A stretch of DNA of 64,000 nt from Eledone cirrhosa. Lineage: Eukaryota. Position 1 is the stretch's first letter. Every line of letters begins with the position of its first letter. The notes beneath the pieces were generated by a model. The model had not been told where the DNA came from. It did not search any database and was given only the letters and a program-made list of their open reading frames with translations. This document shows, piece after piece, positions 56,743 through 64,000 of the stretch. The stretch is from NCBI GenBank assembly GCA_964016885.1, contig OZ024752.1, positions 11,780,001 through 11,844,000 on the forward strand, read 5' to 3'. The position numbers and the translations under genes were made by a program.

Positions 56743-58440
56743 TTTTCAAGTACCATCCTGAGTATTCGAGCTTTTCCAAATAATGCTGTATTTTTTTTTT
56801 TTTGTAAGTGTTCCATCCGTATTGCAATCCCTATATGTTTAATGTACTTCTCAAGATCTTTAGTCACTGTTTCCAAGACTCCAGCTATAATTGGTATTAC
56901 CACCACCTTTTTCAGTGACCACGGTGACCACAACTACTTAACTTCCCAAGGTAACCTGTCATATCTAACAATGTTCCCCTTCTTTATCACATACTTTGTT
57001 ATCAGCTGGGCAGGCTATATCTATGATCTAACACTTTGCTTTCTTTCTCAATTAATACAATATCTGGTCTCCTATGTTCAATCTCATGGTCACACTGTAT
57101 CACAAACTCCCACAGGACCTTTGCATTATTCAATAGCGCCCTCAGGGTTATGTTCGTACCACTTTTCTGCTCTGTCAAGTACATATTTGCCACAAAGTGC
57201 CCAATGGACTATCCTTGCTATGTTGTCGTAACGTCCTCATATTCTTTCTGAGCTAATGGCACATATTAACTGGTAATATGTCATACAGTTTCTTCATTCA
57301 TGCCACAAAGAGCCCAGTGGACTATCTTTGATAATGGTGAGCATTCACTGGTAATATGTCATACAGTTTCTCCATTCATGCCATAAATTCTACACTTATC
57401 ACTTTCTGTAGTGTGGTCTACTCTATGCTTGATGTAGTTAGTTCTTAGTGTTTGTTCCTGAGCAACAGAGATTAAGGCTTCTGTTTCCAAATTTAGATCA
57501 CCTTTAGCCATCCATAACCACCTTTATTCTCTGCCTGTCCTATCATCAACATCTCTATGGAATTCTCCATTCTTTTTCTACCTACTTTCAGTTTCATCTT
57601 CAAATGTTTGTATTGGCTTTTATCTTTATAATCTTCTATTTTACACATCCCTCACTTTCTTACTTCCAACAGCAGCGGTTTTGTGGAATGTTTATATGTA
57701 TCATGGCAGGTTATTTTCTTCTCTTCTAATGCTGTCTTCACATCCCACCCCACCCCTGTTCTAATGCTGTCGTCACACCCCACCCCTGTTCTAATGCTGT
57801 CTTCACATCCCACCCCACCCCTCTTCTAATGCTGTCGTCACACCCCACCCCACCCCTGTTCTAATGCTATCTTCACACCCACCCCTGTTCTAATGCTATC
57901 TTCCCACCCCACCTCTGTTCTAATGCTATCTTCACATCCCACCCCACCCCTCTTCTAATGCTGTCGTCCCACCCCACCCCTGTTCTAATGCTATCTTCAC
58001 ACCCTACCCCACCCCTGTTAAATGCTATCTTCACATCCCACCCCACCCCTCTTCTAATGCTGTCGTCCCACCCCACCCCTGTTCTAATGCTATCTTCACA
58101 CCCTACCCCACCCCTGTTCTAATGCTATATCCACACCCCCCCCCCCCACCCCTCTTCTAATGCTATCATCACACCTCACCCACCCTCTTCTAATGCTATC
58201 ATCACACCCCCACCCCACCCCTCCTCTAATGCTATCATCCCACCCCACCCCACCCCTCCTCTAATGCTATCATCACACCCCCACCCCACCCCACCCTCCT
58301 CTAATGATATCATCACACCCCACCCCACCCACCCCTCCTCTAATGCTATCATCACACCCCACCCCACCCACCTTTCTCAGTACATATAATCTGTCTGTAT
58401 CGTTCTTTGGGTGAAATCTTCCGTATCTGGTCAAATATCG
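56739..58440 (-). mobile_element. Decayed RLE-type non-LTR retrotransposon (R4/Dong-like)
   Basis: FHPKNDTDRLYVLRKVGG; ETEALISVAQEQTLRTNY; CCHC-like CRI..ETV.HITSEC; RRPDIVLIEK; LQK..ALFGKARILRMVL. Confidence 0.85.
57720..58372. repeat. ~33-40-bp C-rich minisatellite inside the R4-like ORF
   Basis: CACCCCACCCCTGTTCTAATGCTATCTTCA units. Confidence 0.85.
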
Positions 58441-58605
58441 GAATGGCTCTTCCAGCGCATCTCCCTTACCCTCCTCCGGGGAAACGCCTTCTCCATTCTG
58501 TCCGCCGGGGCTGTGGGGCGGCCAGCACGTGGGACCCCATTTGCTCACCATACAGAGAGATGGGGACGCTGACGGTGGGAGTTTGACTCTTCCTTGTCCG
58601 GACAC
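58438..58605 (+). mobile_element. CRE-like 3' fragment
   Basis: EWLFQRISLTLLRGNAFSILSAG; close match to 31572-31740. Confidence 0.8.
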
Positions 58606-58784
58606 ATTGCACCTGTCAAGAGTGTATTTTTATAAATATATCGTTCTTGTCTTTCAGTCTAAATTGTGAAACTCTTCCACTGTCCACGTGATCACCCACC
58701 CTATATCTAAGGAGTTATACCACCAATGTATTGAGGGCTTCCATCTTATTCCATCTACTCAGTTTTGACTTGAGAATAAGTTAT

Positions 58785-58937
58785 TGTCGGACAACATGCT
58801 TTGTCGCATAGAGTTACGGTCCTTTACGTTCTAGGGTGATGGATTGGCAGTATCGGTAGAACGTCAGATACCATGTTTTTAGCATAAAGTTAAGACTCTT
58901 TACGTTCTGAGTTCAAATCCCGCCGAGGTTAACTTTG
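58785..58937 (+). mobile_element. Partial family 1 SINE with duplicated 5' part, running into (GT)n 58937-59162
   Basis: Family 1 motifs. Confidence 0.75.
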
Positions 58938-58993
58938 TGTGTTTGTGTGTATGTGCGTATGTCTGTGTGGGCGCGTGTATGTGTATGTCCGAA

Positions 58994-59024
<31 letters not shown>

Positions 59025-59219
59025 CTGTGAGTGTGTGCATATGCCTGTGTGTGTATGTGCATGTGTGTGTGCGTATATGTGTGTATGCCTGTGTATGATG
59101 TGTGTCTGAGTATGTATGTGAGTGCGCGCGGGCGTACGCGTGTGTGTGTGTGCGTGCGTATGTTTCAGTACTTTAATATTATAAATAAAACCGTTCACTA
59201 TGATTTCTTTGTTTGTCAG

Positions 59220-59343
59220 GTCATTGTGGCCATGTTGTTATCATGTACCTTGTTTAGTACGTGTTTATACCACTTGTCTGTTTTCACATAAAAATGTTGG
59301 TATATTGCCCAGCGACAGCGGACATAGCTGCCAACACTATCAT
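59220..59343 (+). other. Candidate exon (in-frame TAG at 59255)
   Basis: TTTCTTTGTTTGTCAG acceptor, AT|GTATGT donor, hydrophobic peptide in phase with 61946. Confidence 0.25.
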
Positions 59344-59624
59344 GTATGTATGTATTCTGACTTGGCAAGAACTAAGCAGTCGGAGATGATTTGGTCAACC
59401 GTCTCAGTGTGCTGGTTGTACGGTTTTTATTTGTTGCTAGGAACCGTTTTATTTATTTTGGTCTTGTAATTGTTTCAGCCTAGACGTAGTTCTTATGCAG
59501 CAAGGAATCGGTCCTTCTGCTCCTGCTTTTAGTCCAGTAATTTCGAACCATCGTCGTTAATTTTCACTGTCTTGGGACGGTCAGTCCGCCGTGGTCAGCG
59601 CCTGGGCTCCCAATTACTCATAAT

Positions 59625-61612
59625 AGTTGTTTCTACTTTTGGCACAAGGCCAGCAATTACCCAGTACATTACTGATACTTTATTTTATCGACCCCGTAAA
59701 GATGGAAGGCAAAGTTAACCTCGACGGGATTTGAACTCAGACCATAAAGGGACGTAACTATGCTAGAAAGCATGGTGTCCGACCCTCTACCGATACTGCC
59801 AATTCACCACCCTAACATGGTGTCCGACCTTCTACCGATACTGCCAATCCACCACCCTAGCATGGCGTCCAACCCTCTACCGATACTGCCAACCCACCAC
59901 CCTAGCATGGCGTCCAACCCTCTACCGATACTGCCAATTCACCACCCTAACATGGTGTCCGACCCTCTACCGATACTGCCAATTCACCACCCTAGCATGG
60001 TGTCCGACCCTCTATCGATACTGCCAACCCACCACCCTAGCATGGCGTCCAACCCTCTACCGATACTGACAATTCACCACCCTAGCATGGCGTCCAACCC
60101 TCTACCGATACTGCCAATTCATCACCCTAACATGGTGTCCGACCCTCTACCGATACTGCCAATTCACCACCCTAGCATGGTGTCCGACCCTCTACCGATA
60201 CTGCCAATTCACCACCCTAGCATGGCGTCCAACCCTCTACCAATACTACCAATTCACCACCCTAGCATGGTGTCCGACCCTCTATCGATACTGCCAACCC
60301 ACCACCCTAGCGTGGTGTCCGACCCTCTACCGATACTGCCAATTCACCACCCTAGCATGGCATCCAACCCTCTATCAATACTACCAATTCACCACCCTAA
60401 CATGGTGTCCGACCCTCTACCGATACTGCCAATTCACCACCCTAGCATGGTGTCCGACCCTCTACCGATACTGCCAATTCACCACCCTAGCATGGCGTCC
60501 AACCCTCTACCAATACTACCAATTCACCACCCTAACATGGTGTCCGACCCTCTACCGATACTGCCAATTCACCACCCTAGCATGGCGTCCAACCCTCTAC
60601 CAATACTACCAATTCACCACCCTGGCATGGTGTCCGACCCTCTATCGATACTGCCAATTCACCACCCTAGCGTGGTGTCCGACCCTCTACCGATACTGCC
60701 AATTCACCACCCTAGCATGGCGTCCAACCCTCTACCAATACTACCAATTCACCACCCTAACATGGTGTCCGACCCTCTACCGATACTGCCAATTCACCAC
60801 CCTAGCATGGCGTCCAACCCTCTACCAATACTACCAATTCACCACACTAACATGGTGTCCGACCCTCTACCGATACTGCCAATTCACCACCCTAGCATGG
60901 TGTCCGACCCTCTACCGATACTGCCAATTCACCACCCTAGCATGGCGTCCAACCCTCTACCAATACTACCAATTCACCACCCTAACATGGTGTCCGACCC
61001 TCTACCGATACTGCCAATTCACCACCCTAGCATGGCGTCCAACCCTCTACCAATACTACCAATTCACCACCCTGGCATGGTGTCCGACCCTCTATCGATA
61101 CTGCCAATTCACCACCCTAGCGTGGTGTCCGACCCTCTATCGATACTGCCAATTCACCACCCTAGCATGGCGTCCAACCCTCTACCAATACTACCAATTC
61201 ACCACCCTAACATGGTGTCCGACCCTCTACCGATACTGCCAATTCACCACCCTAGCATGGCGTCCAACCCTCTACCAATACTACCAATTCACCACCCTAA
61301 CATGGTGTCCGACCCTCTACCGATACTGCCAATTCACCACCCTAGCATGGCGTCCAACCCTCTACCAATACTACCAATTCACCACCCTAGCGTGGTGTCC
61401 GACCCTCTACCGATACTGCCAATTCACCACCCTAGCGTGGTGTCCGACCCTCTACCGATACTGCCAACCCACCACCCTAGCGTGGTGTCCGACCCTCTAC
61501 CAATACTACCAATTCACCACCCTAGCGTGGTGTCCGACCCTCTACCGATACTGCCAACCCACCACCCTAGCGTGGTGTCCGACCCTCTACCAATACTGCC
61601 AATTCACCGCTT
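59625..61612 (-). mobile_element. Family 1 SINE whose 45-bp 5' head is amplified ~41 times (59770-61610)
   Basis: Unit reverse complement TAGGGTGGTGAATTGGCAGTATCGGTAGAGGGTCGGACACCATG; TSD CAATTACTCATAAT at 59611-59624 and 61614-61627. Confidence 0.9.
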
Positions 61613-61627
61613 TCAATTACTCATAAT

Positions 61628-61722
61628 CATAATAGTGAGAGTTGGGGAGAGCGGGAGAGACGAAGGCAGTGACAGTGGGAGTTTGGTTCCTTTGTGTTCG
61701 GATCTGGTGTATATGTATATAT
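61628..61722 (+). mobile_element. Remainder of the CRE-like tail split by the SINE (first part ~59575-59624)
   Basis: Matches 8136-8220 (minus) and 31690-31740. Confidence 0.7.
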
Positions 61723-61945
61723 TTCACAGACACACACATTGGTGTATAGAATATAATTATATATGTTTCTCTGTGTTTATATTCAGACTTGGCAGATATG
61801 ATGATGGTGGCGTCGGTAAATGTTGTTGTTGTTGTTGTCGTTGTCGTCCCTATCATTGCTGCTTAGCTCGGCTCAGATCGAAAAGACTTATGGCAGGTTA
61901 ATAGTTCAGCGTGTTCTGTATATACCATGTTTCTGCCTCTCTCAG

Positions 61946-62077
61946 ATACCTTACACTCAAATTATACTGGGCACGAATTAACTCTATGGACATGCCATAT
62001 TCTCTTCGCCCTCCAATCTATTTCTGTGCATCTGTTGTCAGTATTGTGCTTCTTGCTGTCGTTCTTGTTCTACCTCG
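61946..62077 (+). CDS. Candidate 132-nt internal exon encoding a hydrophobic segment
   Basis: TTTCTGCCTCTCTCAG acceptor, CG|GTCAGT donor, open frame YLTLKLYWARINSMDMPYSLRPPIYFCASVVSIVLLAVVLVLP; family not recognised. Confidence 0.4.
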
Positions 62078-62144
62078 GTCAGTTCTTATCTGGCAGACAA
62101 ACAAACAAAGGCTTCCAAGCTACGTTTAACTCGTCGTTTATTCA

Positions 62145-63870
62145 TTACGGCATAGAGTTATGGCACTTTACGTTCTGAGTTCAACTCCCGCCGAGGTTAA
62201 CTTTGTCTTTCATCCTTACGGGGTCAATAAATAAAGCACCAGTAATGCCCTGGGGTCATTTAATCGACTTTCCCCTCCCCTTCAAATTGCTGGCCTTGTG
62301 CTTAAATCAGAAACCATCCTATTATGTTTGACTAGATTATCCTTTTGCTGTTTTATTATTGCATTACCTTTCATCCTTACGGGCTCGATAAAACAAAGTA
62401 CCAGTAATACACTGGGATAATTGCTGGCCTTGTGCAAAAAGTAGAAACAATTATTGCAAAGTATGATTCGAGAGAGATTTGGCTGCTATTTCTAGCAGAG
62501 AGTGCAACAGCGTAGAGATTCATTAGATTTTGACGGTGGCCTGCAGAGACGAGTGATATAAGATATGAGAGATCGTGACAGTAGACTCTTGGACATTTCT
62601 TTTTCAGTGAGTGGATAGTCACATGAGGTCAAGATGTTTCTATTCATCGCCATGCCATAACCACAGCTTCGTTTATTCTGTTGTATTATATTTTATTAAC
62701 ATGTGGATTGGCAGTATCGGTAGAGTGTCGGATGCCATGCTTTGACGCATAGAGTTACGGCCCTTGCCATTCTGAGTTCAAATCCCGCCGAGGTTAACTT
62801 TGCCTTTCATCCTTACGGGGTCGATAAAATAAAGTACCAGTAATACACTGGGTAATTGCTGGCCTTGTGCCTAACGTAGAAACAATTATATTTTATTAAC
62901 ATGTGGATTGGCAGTATCGGTAGAGAGTCGGCCGCCATGCTTTGACGCACAGAGTTACGGCCCTTGCCATTCTGAGTTCAAATCCCGCCGAGGTTAACTT
63001 TGCCGTTCATCCTTACGGGGTCGATAAAATAAAGTACCAGTAATGCACTGGGTAATTGTTGGCCTTGTGCCAAAAGTAGAAACAATTATATTTTCTTCAC
63101 ATGTGCGACTAGTTTGGTCTATTTTAGATAAAGTAAACTAGGTTGTCCAGTGTCATTTGGAGCACGATTTTCCCGTCAATAAAACGTTTCAAGGTCTGTT
63201 GTATTGTTTTACAAGCGAATGTGACCTTGTGGAATGTTAAGGGTGGAAAGGATTGTATCATCTGTATCTGATAATATCTGCTTAAAAATGACATTGAGTA
63301 TCACATTACCTTACTTTATTTAATCGGTTCTGAAATGATTAGTCGCGCTTCTCTTTTCCGAAATAGCTTATTCAGATTACTTACGATTGCCAGTGTAGGT
63401 ATTTACCAGTGGAAAGTAGTATTTATTAGTAATTGGATTGGTAGTATTTGGTAGAGGGTCGGACGCCATGTTAGGGCGGTGGATTGGCAGTATCGGTAGA
63501 GGGTCGGACGCCATGCTTTCCAGCATAGTTACGTCCCTTTACGATCTGAGTTCAAATCCCGCCGAGGTTGACTTTGCCTTTCATCCTTACGGTGGTCGAT
63601 AAAATAAAGTACCAGTAATGTACTGTGTTATTGCTGGCCTTGTGCCTAAAGTAGAAACAATATTATAGACTAAAGTAGGGTTGAGGATTGGCAGTAACAA
63701 TAGAGCATCGGACACTCTGCTTTACAGCATAGTGTTACGCCACTTTACGATCTGAGTTCATATACTGTTGAGGTGAGCTTTGCCTTTCATCCTTTCGGGT
63801 CGATAAAATAAAGTACCAGTAATACACTGGGATAATTGCTGGTCTTGTACCAAAAGTAGAAACAATTATA
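62145..63870 (+). mobile_element. Cluster of six co-oriented family 1 SINEs (62145, 62365, 62703, 62903, 63432, 63678)
   Basis: Family 1 motifs in each. Confidence 0.85.
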
Positions 63871-64000
63871 TCATCTCTACTGTTACTGCCTCCAATGGGT
63901 TGTTTAATACCCCGTCTATAGAACAACCTTCAACTTCAGGAGCGTGTTGTGCAAGTGCTCCTTTCTTCCTTTTACTCTCTTCTTTAACCTACAGGCTTAT

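Noticed and set aside
59760-61901. 713-aa Pro/His-rich ORF
   Set aside because: Antisense translation of the amplified 45-bp SINE head

Overview
AT-rich, repeat-saturated animal genomic DNA, probably octopod cephalopod (inferred from the SINE families and TA-microsatellite load), with one 200-N gap and no confidently identifiable intact protein-coding gene. All long ORFs in the track are repeat translations. The window holds about 25 tRNA-derived SINE copies, decayed RTE, R4/Dong-like and CRE-like LINE ends, hAT and Tc1/pogo MITEs, Helitron ends, and satellites of 52, 39, 45, 74 and 99 bp; the 45, 74 and 99-bp ones clearly grew out of transposon parts. The most notable signal is a cluster of about 20 type I hammerhead ribozyme (HHR) motifs of roughly ten sequence families between 21.5 and 44 kb. 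Most sit in Penelope-like fragments inserted into (TA)n as tail-out inverted pairs. The centrepiece is a 466-bp tandem array with an internal inversion (24091-27044) in which every full unit carries an intact minimal HHR, a retrozyme-like or pLTR array predicted to yield 466-nt monomer or circular RNA. A few phase-compatible plus-strand candidate exons hint at a host membrane-protein gene or pseudogene (low confidence). All structures were read by eye, not computed.
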